A DNA stretch of 64,000 bases from Myxococcota bacterium (GCA_040386535.1 JAZKFH010000009.1:32001-96000); one strand, 5' to 3'; shown: positions 11,559-21,796, counted from the stretch's first letter. Notes: generated by a model from the letters alone, not told the origin. Program-made: numbers and translations.

Positions 11559-12346
11559 GCGTGCTGCTCCTGCTCGCGGCGTGCCTCGGCACCGAGCCCG
11601 TTCCCCTCGCGCCGGGGGCCCCCGTGTGGGTCGAAGCCCGCCAGGTGGGGAAGGGGGAGCCGGTGCGCCTTCACGCGCCCGCGGGCACCGCGCTCCCGGC
11701 GGTCGAGGGCCTCGTCGCGACCGAGGTGGCCACCGACGACGGTGCCACGGTGGTGTGGGAGCTGCGTGGCGAGCCAGGCTCCTACGTCGTCGAGGTCCCC
11801 GCCGGCACCGGCCCGGCGACGCGGGTGTTCCTCGACATCGGGGTCGACGGGCCCACCGGCGGGCCGATGGAGGATCTCGCGGACGTCCCGGCGCCCGCCG
11901 TTCCGCAGTGGCCGAAGGTCGCGGGGATCGTGTCGGCCGTCGCGACGCTGATCGCCATCGGCCTGTATGCCTGGAAGAAGCTTCGCCCGGCGCCGCCGCC
12001 TCCGCCGCCCGAGCCCGCCGACCGGGTGGCCCGTCGCGCATGGGCCAACCTCCGCGCGCGCAGCGATCTCGAGCCCGACGTGCTCGCCGCGGAGCTCTCG
12101 GCGGTGTTCCGGCGGTACCTCGAGTCTGTGCACGCGTGGCCGGCGACCTCGCGGACGTCGCGTGAGATCCTGGACGCGCTCGCGGGCGATCTTCCCGCGG
12201 TGGCGCTCGAGCGCGCCCGCCGACTGCTCAACGCCATGGACATCGTGCGGTTCAGCGAGCGGTCGGCGCACGAGGGGTTCTTCACGGCGCTCGACGACGA
12301 CTTCGAGGCCCTCCTCACCGTCCGCGCCGGAGCACCCCGTGCTTGA
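11555..12346 (+). CDS. Bat-cluster membrane-anchored hypothetical protein (DUF4381-like position)
   Basis: Signal/lipobox-like N-terminus, one TM, poly-Pro stretch, then a helical domain ending MDIVRFS. ATGA coupling to DUF58. Confidence 0.75.
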   Translation: MSVLLLLAACLGTEPVPLAPGAPVWVEARQVGKGEPVRLHAPAGTALPAVEGLVATEVATDDGATVVWELRGEPGSYVVEVPAGTGPATRVFLDIGVDGPTGGPMEDLADVPAPAVPQWPKVAGIVSAVATLIAIGLYAWKKLRPAPPPPPPEPADRVARRAWANLRARSDLEPDVLAAELSAVFRRYLESVHAWPATSRTSREILDALAGDLPAVALERARRLLNAMDIVRFSERSAHEGFFTALDDDFEALLTVRAGAPRA

Positions 12347-13301
12347 GTGGATGCATCCAGCGTGGTTGTTGGCGCTTCCGCTCGCGCTGATCCCGTGGCT
12401 CGCGTGGCTCCGCCCCCACGCAGTCCGGTTCTCGGCGCTCGGCGCGGTGACCGTGCGGCGCACATGGCGAAGCCTCGGCGCGCCGATCCTGCCCCTCCTC
12501 GAGTGCATCGCCATCGTCGGGGTGGTCGTGGCGTTGGCGCGCCCGCAGGAGGTGCGGCGCGAGACCCTCCGCGAGTCCCAGGGCATCGACATCCTGCTCG
12601 CCATCGACACCAGCGGGTCGATGGAGTCGCCCGACATGCGCGCCGGGCCGCGCGAGCTGACCCGGCTCGAGGCCTCCAAGCTGGTCATGGCCCAGTTCGT
12701 GTCGGAGCGCCCCGACGATCGGATCGGGCTCGAGGTGTTCGGGGAGGACGCCTTCGTGCAGGTGCCCCTGACCCTCGACCACGAGGCGCTCGGCTCCTTC
12801 ATCGGCCAGCTCGAGATCGGCATGGCCGGCAAGAACGCGACCGCCGTGGGAACGGCCATCGCCATCGGCACCAAACGAATGAAGGAACTCGAGGCTCCCT
12901 CGAGGGTCATGATCCTCGTGACCGACGGGCGCTCGAACGCGGGGAGCGTCTCTCCGCTCCAGGCGGCGGAAGCGGCGGCGGCGCTCGGAGTGCGTGTGTA
13001 CACGATCGGCGTCGGAAGCGCGGGACGGGGCGGACTGTTCGGGGCCATGGTCGGTGCCGAGATCGACGAGCGTACGTTGGGGGCTGTCGCCACGAAGACC
13101 GGCGGGCGCTACTACCGCGCCGCCGACACGAACGCGCTCGCCCAGGTCTACGCCGAGATCGATCAGCTCGAACAGTCGACAGCGCGCACCAAGGAGTTCG
13201 TCCATCGTGACGAGCGGTACCTCCTCGCTCTCCTGCCGGCGCTCCTCGCGTTCTTCGTCCAGCTCGGCCTGAGCGCGACCGTCCTCCGGAAGCTCCCATG
13301 A
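12339..13301 (+). CDS. batA: BatA-like vWA domain protein
   Basis: N-terminal HPAWLLALPL, MIDAS DTSGS, PLTLD, TAVGTAI and LVTDG. GTG start inferred. Confidence 0.88.
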   Translation: MLEWMHPAWLLALPLALIPWLAWLRPHAVRFSALGAVTVRRTWRSLGAPILPLLECIAIVGVVVALARPQEVRRETLRESQGIDILLAIDTSGSMESPDMRAGPRELTRLEASKLVMAQFVSERPDDRIGLEVFGEDAFVQVPLTLDHEALGSFIGQLEIGMAGKNATAVGTAIAIGTKRMKELEAPSRVMILVTDGRSNAGSVSPLQAAEAAAALGVRVYTIGVGSAGRGGLFGAMVGAEIDERTLGAVATKTGGRYYRAADTNALAQVYAEIDQLEQSTARTKEFVHRDERYLLALLPALLAFFVQLGLSATVLRKLP

Positions 13302-15253
13302 CGTGGGCGCGTCCCGATCTGTTGGCCCTCCTGCTCCTCGTGCCCGTCGCGGTCCTCGTGGTGCTGTACGCCGAGCGCACCCGCTGGCGCCATCTCACGC
13401 TGCTGGCGGCGCTCGACGTGCTCCCGACGATCCTGCCGCCCCGCCTGCGCACGGTGCGCACGTGGCAGGCCGTGCTCGCCGTCGTCACCACGCTGGGGCT
13501 CGCCCTGGCGGCGGCCGGGCCCCGGCTCGGCTTCGAGTGGCAGCAACAGAAGGTGGAGGGCGTGTCCATCGTGGTCGTGCTCGACGTGTCGCGCAGCATG
13601 GACGCGCAGGACGTGCCGCCTTCCCGCATCGAACGCGCCCGCCGCGAGATCCTCGACCTGGTGGGCCTGCTACGGGGGGACGCCGTGGGCCTCGTGATCT
13701 TCGCAGCCGGCCCATATGTCCGCATCCCGCTCACGGTCGACTACGACACGTTCACCTGGGCCGTGAAGGACAGCTCCTCGGGCACGATCCGGGCGCAAGG
13801 CAGCGCCCTCGCCGGTGCGCTCGAGTCGGCCGCGGGCCTGCTCGAGAAGGCCGAGGGGTCCGGCAAGGCGATCCTCCTGGTCAGCGACGGCGAGTCGCAC
13901 GACGAGCCCGCCGAGATGGACGCGGCCGTCGCGCGGGTACGCGCGGCGGACGTGCGCGTGTACGCCCTCGGCGTCGGCGAGCCCACGGGGGCTCCGATCC
14001 CGCTCGAGGAGGGCGGCTTCAAGAAGGACGCTACCGGGGACGTCGTGTTGTCCCGTCTGGACGAGGATGTCCTTCGGCGGCTTGCCTCTTCCACGGGTGG
14101 GGCGTACGTGCGGGCGGTGGCCTCCGATGAAGATGTGCGCGCGTTGTACGAGACGGAGATCCGCGGGAAGCTGGCTGCTTCCGAGCGGGGCGTTCGCCGC
14201 GAGAAGCTCTGGCACGAGCGGTTCCAGTGGCCGCTCGGGCTGGCGCTCGTGAGCCTGTCGATCTCCGGCCTGCTCGGGATCGGCCGTCGCCGCGTCCGCG
14301 CCGCTCGAGGCGCAGCCTCGGCGGTCGTGCTCCTGGGTGCGCTCGCGCTCGGGTTTCCCGGGCCCGCGTGGGCCGGCGCCGCCGAAGATGGCCAGACGGC
14401 GCTTCGCGCCCAGCAGTGGGATCGCGCGGCCGAGCTCCTCGGGCAGGCGCGGGTGGACGATCCGGGCGATCTCCAGGCGATGCGCGGGCTCGCGGAGGCC
14501 TTGTACCGGTCGGGACGCGTGCGCGAGGCCGAGCAGCTCTACCGCACGCTCGCCGAGCAGGACGCGCCGAACCGCGCGGTCCATCTCTACAATGCCGGCA
14601 ACGCGGCGTACCGCGGCGGTCGGCTCGCCGACGCGCTCGACGACTTCCGGTCCGCCGCCCAGGCGGACCCCACGATGAAGCCCGCGCAGACCAACGCCAC
14701 CGCCGTCGAGCGGGAGATGGCCGCGCGCGTGGAGCCGCCCCCGCCCGAGTCGGGCGACGATCAGGGGGAGGAGCAGGCGGGCGAGCAGGAGGAGCAGGCG
14801 TCCAGCGAGCAGCAGGGGCAACCCGGCCAGCAGGGCGAGGATGGGCAGGCCGAGGGGCAGCAAGAGCAGCCCGGCGACGGGGGGCAGGAGCAGGGCGGCG
14901 AAGAGGGGAAGGACCCGTCCGACGGTCAGGCCTCCGAGAGGACGCCGCCGGCCGGAGAGCCTCCGGGCGCGCCCCAGAGCGGATCCCGCGGCGACGACGA
15001 GGGTCAGCGAGAGGGAACGCCCACGCAGGGGGCGGAGGGCCAGCCCACGGCGGAACAATCGGGCGCCGAAGCGGACGCCACGGTGTCTGCCGAGGGGGAC
15101 GACGGGGCGGACGCGGCCGGTCAGGCGGGGGATGACACCCCCAACGGCACGGGCGAGATGACGCGCGAGCAAGCCGCCCGCCTCGTCGACTCCGTCCCGG
15201 ACGGGACACCCCGGGTGGTCGTGGGCGGCCGCGGCACGGAGATGGACTGGTGA
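13298..15253 (+). CDS. batB: BatB-like vWA protein fused to a BatC-like TPR and acidic Q/E/G tail
   Basis: DVSRSM MIDAS, PLTVD, SDGE, then TPR (YNAGNAAYR), a low-complexity tail and terminal DW. Confidence 0.85.
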   Translation: MTWARPDLLALLLLVPVAVLVVLYAERTRWRHLTLLAALDVLPTILPPRLRTVRTWQAVLAVVTTLGLALAAAGPRLGFEWQQQKVEGVSIVVVLDVSRSMDAQDVPPSRIERARREILDLVGLLRGDAVGLVIFAAGPYVRIPLTVDYDTFTWAVKDSSSGTIRAQGSALAGALESAAGLLEKAEGSGKAILLVSDGESHDEPAEMDAAVARVRAADVRVYALGVGEPTGAPIPLEEGGFKKDATGDVVLSRLDEDVLRRLASSTGGAYVRAVASDEDVRALYETEIRGKLAASERGVRREKLWHERFQWPLGLALVSLSISGLLGIGRRRVRAARGAASAVVLLGALALGFPGPAWAGAAEDGQTALRAQQWDRAAELLGQARVDDPGDLQAMRGLAEALYRSGRVREAEQLYRTLAEQDAPNRAVHLYNAGNAAYRGGRLADALDDFRSAAQADPTMKPAQTNATAVEREMAARVEPPPPESGDDQGEEQAGEQEEQASSEQQGQPGQQGEDGQAEGQQEQPGDGGQEQGGEEGKDPSDGQASERTPPAGEPPGAPQSGSRGDDEGQREGTPTQGAEGQPTAEQSGAEADATVSAEGDDGADAAGQAGDDTPNGTGEMTREQAARLVDSVPDGTPRVVVGGRGTEMDW

Positions 15254-16854
15254 TCGGCATCGTGTTGGTACAGGCTGCCTTCGCGGCGCAGGTCGTGCTT
15301 CAGCTCGAGAGCAACGAGGTTCGGGAGGGGCAGGCGGTGCCGCTCGAGCTCGTGGTGATCGACGCCGTCCCGCGCGCCGTTCCCCGCCTGGACGTGCCGG
15401 ACGGGCTCCAGGTGGTCTACCGCTCGCAGTCCCAGCAGCGGCAGATCATCAACTTCCAGTCGACCTCGTCGACCACCTTCAGCTACACCCTCACCGCGGT
15501 GCGCGCCGGCGAGTACGCGTTGGGGCCGGTGACGGTCCCCACGGACGCGGGCGAGCTCTCCACCGCGCCGCTCCGCGTGCGGGTGGCCCCACGCGCGTCC
15601 GGAGGCGCCGAGGCGCTCACCGGCGACATCGGCGTCGACCACGTGTGGGTCGGCCAGGTGCTGGTCTACCACCTCCGCTTCCAGACGGAGAAGAACGTGG
15701 TGAGCGGCCGGTGGACCCCGCCGGCGCCCTCCGGCTTCACGGCCGAGCCCACCGTCGAGCCGGTCACCTCGGAGTATCGCCTCGAGCAGGACGGCAAGCC
15801 GCTCTCCATCCAGGAGCTCTACTTCCCGCTTCGGGCCTCCGCGCCCGGCAAGTGGACCATCCCCGGGGGGGTGCTCCAGGCCCAGTACGCCGTCACCGAC
15901 AAGAGCTCGCGCCGTCGCAACAGCCCGTTCGAGGGCATCGGGGCGTTCGGAAACGTCCGGTACGAGGTGTACTCGGCGGCGCCGATCGACGTCGAGGTTC
16001 GCGCGGTGCCCGTGGAGGGGCGCCCGGCCGACGCCACCGAGCTCGTCGGCCGCTACACCATCGCGGCGAAGGCCTCCGATGGAAAGGCCCGTGTCGGAGA
16101 TACCGTCACGGTCGAGGTCGTCATCGAGGGCGACGGCGTGCTGGCAGGCTTCTCGCTGCCGCCGCTCGCGGGGAGCGACTTCCGCGTCTACGACGATCAG
16201 CCTGTCGTGGAGTCGCGGATCGAAGACGGGAAGTATCGGGCGAAGGCCACCTTCAAGCGTGCCATCGTCCCGCAGGCCCCCGGCGCCATCGAGGTCCCGC
16301 CGATCGAGATTGCCTACTTCGACCCTGTCGAAGGCGCGTGGGCTCGGATGAGCACCGAGCCGATTCGACTCGACGTGGGCGGGGAGGCGACACCAGCCGC
16401 CCTGACCACGTGGGACGAGGGGGTCGCCCCTTCCGTCGACTCGCTGGGAGAGGACATCCTCCCGGTCCGAACCGACGTTCGGCTCGCCCGTCCGGTCCCG
16501 CGGCCGCTCGCCTTCGCCCTGCTCGCGCCGGGTGCGGCGTTGCTCCTGCTCCAGGGGCTTCTTGCGTTCCGGGTGCGCAAGCCGCGAATCCAGGAGCGTG
16601 TGCTGGCCTTCGATGACCTGCCGGCCGACGGCGAAGCACGCCTCGCCGGGGTCGAGCGCATCTTCCGCGAGCGTGTCGCCCGCCGGCTCTGTCTGGCGCC
16701 CGAGGCGCTCCGTCGTGAGGACCTGGCCGCGCTCGGGCCGGTCGCCGACGAAGCCGAGATCATCTACCGCGCCCTCGAGCGGCGCCGCTACGGTGGGCAG
16801 GACACCAGCGTCTCCGAGGAGCGGATCCGCGCGTTGGTGGAGAGATGGCCATGA
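15250..16854 (+). CDS. batD: BatD-like protein (repeated Ig-like domains, C-terminal TM)
   Basis: Signal peptide, three beta-sandwich repeats (e.g. IPPIEIAYFDP-type motif), a late TM and operon position. Confidence 0.82.
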   Translation: MIGIVLVQAAFAAQVVLQLESNEVREGQAVPLELVVIDAVPRAVPRLDVPDGLQVVYRSQSQQRQIINFQSTSSTTFSYTLTAVRAGEYALGPVTVPTDAGELSTAPLRVRVAPRASGGAEALTGDIGVDHVWVGQVLVYHLRFQTEKNVVSGRWTPPAPSGFTAEPTVEPVTSEYRLEQDGKPLSIQELYFPLRASAPGKWTIPGGVLQAQYAVTDKSSRRRNSPFEGIGAFGNVRYEVYSAAPIDVEVRAVPVEGRPADATELVGRYTIAAKASDGKARVGDTVTVEVVIEGDGVLAGFSLPPLAGSDFRVYDDQPVVESRIEDGKYRAKATFKRAIVPQAPGAIEVPPIEIAYFDPVEGAWARMSTEPIRLDVGGEATPAALTTWDEGVAPSVDSLGEDILPVRTDVRLARPVPRPLAFALLAPGAALLLLQGLLAFRVRKPRIQERVLAFDDLPADGEARLAGVERIFRERVARRLCLAPEALRREDLAALGPVADEAEIIYRALERRRYGGQDTSVSEERIRALVERWP

Positions 16855-17585
16855 TCCTGCTCACGTTCACGCTCTGGGCCGGACCCGCCCTCGCCGCGGT
16901 GGAGGAGAGCTTCGAGGAAGCGAACACGGCGCTCGCGGCGGGCGATCTTGCGAAGGCCGAGGCGGGCTACCGCGCCGTGATCGAGGAGGGGTACGCGACC
17001 GGAGACATCTGGTACAACCTCGGGAACGTCCTCTATCGTCAGGAGCGGCACCCCGAGGCCGCCCTGGCGTGGCGCAACGCCGCGTCGCGCCTGCCGCGCG
17101 ACCCCGACATCGAGGCAAACCTCGACTTCGTGCGGCGAACCTTCCGCGATGGCCTCGTCGCGCCCGATCCCCATCCCTGGTTCGCTCCCTGGCAGGTGGC
17201 GCTCACCGCGGACGAGGGCATCTGGCTGGGCGCCGCGTTTGCCGGTCTCGGCCTGCTCGCGATCGCCGCCCGGCGGCGGAGCCCCCACTTTCCGCTCGCG
17301 CCCGTGGGGATTGGCGTGTGCGTCGTGGGCGGGCTGCTCGCCGCGGGAGGCCTCGCGGAAGCCGGGCAGCGGCCCGTCGCCATCGTGCTGGTCCCGCAGG
17401 CCACGGCCACGTCGGATCTCGGCGGTGGTGTCGAGCTGTTCACGCTCCACGCGGGCGCCGAGGTCTCCACGCTCGAAGAGGCGGCTGGTCGCACGCTCGT
17501 GCTGCTCCCGGACGGGCGCAAGGGCTGGCTCCCGATCGCGTCGCTCGGCGTTGTGGACCCATCTGGTCCCGCTCCGGTGTTATGA
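16851..17585 (+). CDS. batE: BatE-like TPR + TM + SH3 protein
   Basis: WYNLGNVLYR TPR, PRDPDIEANL, two TMs and SH3-like LHAGAEV...LPDGRKGWLP. Start may be 16845. Confidence 0.82.
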   Translation: MILLTFTLWAGPALAAVEESFEEANTALAAGDLAKAEAGYRAVIEEGYATGDIWYNLGNVLYRQERHPEAALAWRNAASRLPRDPDIEANLDFVRRTFRDGLVAPDPHPWFAPWQVALTADEGIWLGAAFAGLGLLAIAARRRSPHFPLAPVGIGVCVVGGLLAAGGLAEAGQRPVAIVLVPQATATSDLGGGVELFTLHAGAEVSTLEEAAGRTLVLLPDGRKGWLPIASLGVVDPSGPAPVL

Positions 17586-17602
17586 CCGCGCGCGGAGGCG
17601 TC

Positions 17603-18109
17603 ATGCATCGTCTGCTCCTCGCGTTGCTCTTCGTGGCCGGTTGTGGCTGGGAGGGCCGCGTCCGGCATCTCTCCGACACCGAGTTCGACCACTACTACGC
17701 GCTCAAGCCCTTCATGCCCGACGAGGACCGCAAGGTGTTCCTCAAGATGAAGACGGAGGACGAGCGCAGCGCCTTCTTGAAGGAGAAGGGCCTCTGGGAC
17801 CGCTTCTACAAGTACCCGGAGCACGTCCGCAAGGGCATCGTGGCGGGCGCGGTGCAGAACGGCTGGACCAAGGACATGGTGTACATGGCCTGGGGCGCGC
17901 CGTTCGACAAGCGCACGCTGGTCGGGCGCCCCGCGCCCCGGTCCGAGCTGCTCGTGTACAAGTTCGAGAAGCAGGAAGACGGCACCGTGCTCGTGTACGT
18001 GCCGAACAGCAAGACCGAGTACAAGGCGGTCGAGCGCTTCACGAGGGACGTCTACCTGGACAGCGACCAGGTGACCGAGATCATCGAGCGCAAGGGCTGG
18101 GCGCAGTAG
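17603..18109 (+). CDS. Hypothetical lipoprotein (168 aa)
   Basis: GGAGG RBS, lipobox LLFVAG-C, strongly biased codons and motif GWTKDMVYMAWGAP. Confidence 0.8.
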   Translation: MHRLLLALLFVAGCGWEGRVRHLSDTEFDHYYALKPFMPDEDRKVFLKMKTEDERSAFLKEKGLWDRFYKYPEHVRKGIVAGAVQNGWTKDMVYMAWGAPFDKRTLVGRPAPRSELLVYKFEKQEDGTVLVYVPNSKTEYKAVERFTRDVYLDSDQVTEIIERKGWAQ

Positions 18110-18230
18110 GCGTCCACCTTCGGTAGTCCGGTCCTCCGTTCTGTACGAGACGGGGGAGCGCGGGGACGGGGTGGTGGCAATCGGGCCCCGCCGCGTCTAA
18201 GGTAGCGTGGCCCGAGCCTGGAGCGCAGCG

Positions 18231-19829
18231 ATGAAGGTCTCCCTGATCAGCCCCTACCCGGACATCACGAACTACGGGCTCCGCTCGATTTCGTCGACGC
18301 TCCGCGCCGCCGGGCACACGACGCAGGTCGTCTGCATGCCCGACTTCGCGGGCGATGGCGAGAGCGTCCACGTCCGGATGTCCGAGGATCGGTACTCGCC
18401 CCAGGTGATCGAGCAGATGCTCGCGCTCGTGGCGGACTCCGACCTCGTGGGCGTCACGTTGATGACCCACTACTACGACTCGGCGCGCCAGATCACGAAG
18501 GCGATCCAGACCCACCTCGGCATTCCGGTCATCTGGGGCGGTTTCCACCCCTCGGTGCGCCCCGACGAGTGCGCGCGCCAGGCCGAGTACGTCGCCATCG
18601 GGGACGCGGAGGACCTGATGCTCCAACTCTGCGAGCGCCTCGAGAACGGCGACTCCCAGAAGCTGCACGGCATCAAGTCCCTGGTGTGGCGCAAGGGGCA
18701 GGACGTGATCCGCAACGCTCCCGGCTCGCTGGAGCAGGAGCTGGATCGGTACCCCGCGCCCGACTTCTCCCGCGAGGACCACCACATCCTGTTTGAAGGG
18801 CAGCTGATGCCCGTCAGCAAGGATCTCCTGCGGCGCTACCTGCACAACGGCACGGTGAGCCGCATGTTCGGCCGCACCGGGTACCAGACGATGACCGGCC
18901 GCGGGTGCCCGCACGCGTGCACCTACTGCGGCAACAGCTTCTACCGCGACCTCTACAAGCGCCAGCGGTACGTCCGCTTCCGCTCCGTCGAGCACGTGAT
19001 CGGCGAGCTCGAGGACGTGAAGCGCGAGTACCCGTTCATCGATTTCGTATGGTTCTCGGACGACTCGTTCTTCGGTCGCCCGCTCCCGGACCTGCTCGAC
19101 TTCGCCCACCAGTACAAGACCCGCGTGGGGGACCCGTTCTACCTGCTCGGTTCCCCCGGCACGATCACGGAGGAGAAATACTCCGCGCTCGTCGACGCGG
19201 GCCTGCACTGCATCCAGATGGGCGTGGAGCACGGAAGCAAGCGCATCCAGAAGCTCTTCAAGCGCTCGACGATGGGCAACGACAAGATCCTGAAGAGCGC
19301 CGAGATCATCACCAAGTTCACCGATCGCACGGCGCCGCCCCAGTACGACATCATCTACGATCTGGCGTACGAGACCATCGAGGACAAGCTCGACACCCTG
19401 CGCCTCGTCGCGGAGCTGCCGAAGCCCTACCGCCTCCAGGTCTTCTCGGTCATCTACTACCCGGGCACGTCGCTCCACACGCTCGCCGAGCGGGACGGCC
19501 TGGTGAACGACGAGAAGGCCGAGATCTACGACCGCATGTTCTTCGAGCGGCACGACAGCTACACGAATACGCTGCTCTTCCTGGCGCGGTCGGGGCGCTT
19601 CCCCCATCCCCTGCTCAAGGTGCTGATCGACCGGCGCGTGGTGGACGTGATGACCTCCGATTACATGGCGCCCGCGGGCAACGTCGCGCGGGCCGCCATC
19701 CACGCCTTGCGCCAGGCGCTGCGCAGCCCCGCGGTGGAACGCGCGAAGGCCCTTGGGACCTACCGGGCCCGCCTGGTCGGCATGACCGGCGCGGATGCTG
19801 GCGCAGCGGCGCCCGCGGCGGACGCGTAG
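18231..19829 (+). CDS. Cobalamin-binding radical SAM protein
   Basis: N-terminal B12-binding-like domain (IWGGFHPS), GRGCPHACTYC (CxxxCxxC), FSDDSF and MGVEHGS. Confidence 0.92.
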   Translation: MKVSLISPYPDITNYGLRSISSTLRAAGHTTQVVCMPDFAGDGESVHVRMSEDRYSPQVIEQMLALVADSDLVGVTLMTHYYDSARQITKAIQTHLGIPVIWGGFHPSVRPDECARQAEYVAIGDAEDLMLQLCERLENGDSQKLHGIKSLVWRKGQDVIRNAPGSLEQELDRYPAPDFSREDHHILFEGQLMPVSKDLLRRYLHNGTVSRMFGRTGYQTMTGRGCPHACTYCGNSFYRDLYKRQRYVRFRSVEHVIGELEDVKREYPFIDFVWFSDDSFFGRPLPDLLDFAHQYKTRVGDPFYLLGSPGTITEEKYSALVDAGLHCIQMGVEHGSKRIQKLFKRSTMGNDKILKSAEIITKFTDRTAPPQYDIIYDLAYETIEDKLDTLRLVAELPKPYRLQVFSVIYYPGTSLHTLAERDGLVNDEKAEIYDRMFFERHDSYTNTLLFLARSGRFPHPLLKVLIDRRVVDVMTSDYMAPAGNVARAAIHALRQALRSPAVERAKALGTYRARLVGMTGADAGAAAPAADA

Positions 19830-19879
19830 AGCCGCGATCCGTCGGCGCCGCGATGTCGCAGGTGCGTTAGGGATTGCCC

Positions 19880-20413
19880 ATGGAACCTGCGGTTCGAACC
19901 GTGAGCGTGAGCGTCGAACAAGCGGTCCCCGGGGACGCGCCGGCGATCCTCGCGCTCCACCGTCGCGTGCTCGCGGAGGGCGAGTGGTTCATCACCGAGC
20001 CTGACGAGTTCCCCGAGGGCGTCGACGCCAAGGTGGCCGTCATCCGAGAGGCCGCGCGTGCGGCGAACGGCGTGTTCCTCGTCGCGCGCCACGAGCACGC
20101 GCTCGTGGGGTGGGCGCAGGTCGTCGGGGGCGGGCGGCGGCGCACCCGCCACGTCGGCCGCATCGAGATGATGGTCGATGCGCGGGTCCGCGGGGTGGGC
20201 GTGGGGTCGGCGCTGCTTGCGGCCCTCGTCCACTGGGCGGAGGACAGCGGGACCATCAAGAAGCTCTCGTTGAACGTCTTCGCGCACAACACGCGCGCCT
20301 TGGCGCTCTATCGGAAGTTCGGCTTCGAAGAGGAGGGCCGGCGCATGCGCGAGTACCTGTTCGCCGACGGATCCTGGCGGGATGACGTCCTGATGTTCCG
20401 GCAAGTCAACTAG
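19880..20413 (+). CDS. GNAT-family N-acetyltransferase
   Basis: RGVGVGSALL acetyl-CoA motif and NTRALALYRKFGF. Confidence 0.92.
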   Translation: MEPAVRTVSVSVEQAVPGDAPAILALHRRVLAEGEWFITEPDEFPEGVDAKVAVIREAARAANGVFLVARHEHALVGWAQVVGGGRRRTRHVGRIEMMVDARVRGVGVGSALLAALVHWAEDSGTIKKLSLNVFAHNTRALALYRKFGFEEEGRRMREYLFADGSWRDDVLMFRQVN

Positions 20414-20416
20414 CGG

Positions 20417-21766
20417 TCATCCCTCGGGATCCCGCCACTCCGCCTCGCGCCGGTAGATGGTGCGCGCCGTGATGCCGAGCAGGTTGGCCGCCAACGAACG
20501 GTCGCCGTTGCACTGGCGGAGCGTCGCCTCGATCATCCGCCGCTCCACATCGCGCAGCGGGGTGCCCGGAGTGAAGATGAGGCGGGGGACCTCGTTGATG
20601 TTCGAGGCGGCCGCGCGGATGGCGGGGGGGAGATCTCCGAGCCGCACCACATCCTCGCGGGAGAGCACGGCCGCGCGCTCCATCGCGTTCTCCAGCTCGC
20701 GCACGTTTCCCGGCCAGGCGTGGCGCTCGAGTGCGGCGAGGGCTTCGGGCTCGAGGCCGCGGAGCACGCGTCCGTTCCGGGCGCCGTGGGTGGAGGCGAA
20801 GTGGCGTGCCAACAGGGCGATGTCGGCGCGGCGCTCTCGGAGTGCCGGCACGTGCAGGCGGATCACGTTCAGCCGGTAGTAGAGGTCGGACCGGAGGCGC
20901 CCCTCGGCCACCGCTTGCTCCGGATCCCGATTGGTCGCCGCGACGACGCGCACCTCGGTGCGGATGGTCTTGGTGCCGCCGAGCCGCTCGTACTCGCCGT
21001 CCTGGAGGACACGGAGCAGCTTCACCTGCAAGGGCAGCGGCATCTCCGTGACCTCGTCGAGGAAGATCGTCCCGCCCGAGGCGAGGTCGAAGCGCCCTTC
21101 CTTGCGCCCGTGCGCCCCGGTGAACGCGCCGGCCTCGTACCCGAACAGCTCGCTCTCGAGGAGGTTCTCGGGGAGCGCCCCGCAGTTCACCGTCACGAGC
21201 CTGCCTGGGCGTGCGCTCACGGTGTGGATCCACCGCGCCAGGAGCCCCTTGCCCGTGCCGCTCTCGCCCGTGAGGAGGACCGATGCCATGGACGGCGCCA
21301 CCTGTCGGGCCTCCTCCATCAGCGCGCGGAGCTCGCCCGACTGGCCGATCAGCTCGCCGGGCGAGGCCTGCGCGATCTCCTGCCTCAACCGCAGGTTTTC
21401 TCGGAGCAGATCGTGCTTCTCCAGCGCCTTGCGCACCGAGGCGATGACCTCCGTTCGCCGCAGGGGCTTGGTGACGAAGTCGTACGCGCCCTCCTTCATC
21501 GCCTCGACGGCGCTCTCGACCGTGCCGTAGGCAGTCACCAGGATGACCTGCACCTGCGGCGCCACCTGACGCGTGGCACGGAGCAGCTCGAGGCCGCCCA
21601 TGCCCGGCATCTTCAGGTCGCTCACGACGACGCCGATCTCACCTTCCCGAAGGATCTCGAGGCCCTGGCGGCCGTCGACCGCGACTCGTACCGGCCACCC
21701 CTCGCGGGCGAAGATGCGTTCGAGCGCCAGCCGGTTTGACTCTTCGTCGTCGATGACCAGGATCAT
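20417..21766 (-). CDS. sigma54-dependent response regulator (NtrC/AtoC family)
   Basis: Receiver (IDDE, SDLKMP), GESGTGK, ESELFG, GAFTGA, FLDEV, WPGNVREL and Fis-type HTH. Confidence 0.96.
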   Translation of the reverse strand: MILVIDDEESNRLALERIFAREGWPVRVAVDGRQGLEILREGEIGVVVSDLKMPGMGGLELLRATRQVAPQVQVILVTAYGTVESAVEAMKEGAYDFVTKPLRRTEVIASVRKALEKHDLLRENLRLRQEIAQASPGELIGQSGELRALMEEARQVAPSMASVLLTGESGTGKGLLARWIHTVSARPGRLVTVNCGALPENLLESELFGYEAGAFTGAHGRKEGRFDLASGGTIFLDEVTEMPLPLQVKLLRVLQDGEYERLGGTKTIRTEVRVVAATNRDPEQAVAEGRLRSDLYYRLNVIRLHVPALRERRADIALLARHFASTHGARNGRVLRGLEPEALAALERHAWPGNVRELENAMERAAVLSREDVVRLGDLPPAIRAAASNINEVPRLIFTPGTPLRDVERRMIEATLRQCNGDRSLAANLLGITARTIYRREAEWRDPEG

Positions 21767-21796
21767 CAGACAAGGTGTCTCACGGCTGACATCCTG

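Noticed and set aside
13298..15253. BatB-BatC fusion with long acidic tail
   Set aside because: A common architecture in Bat clusters, so not novel.
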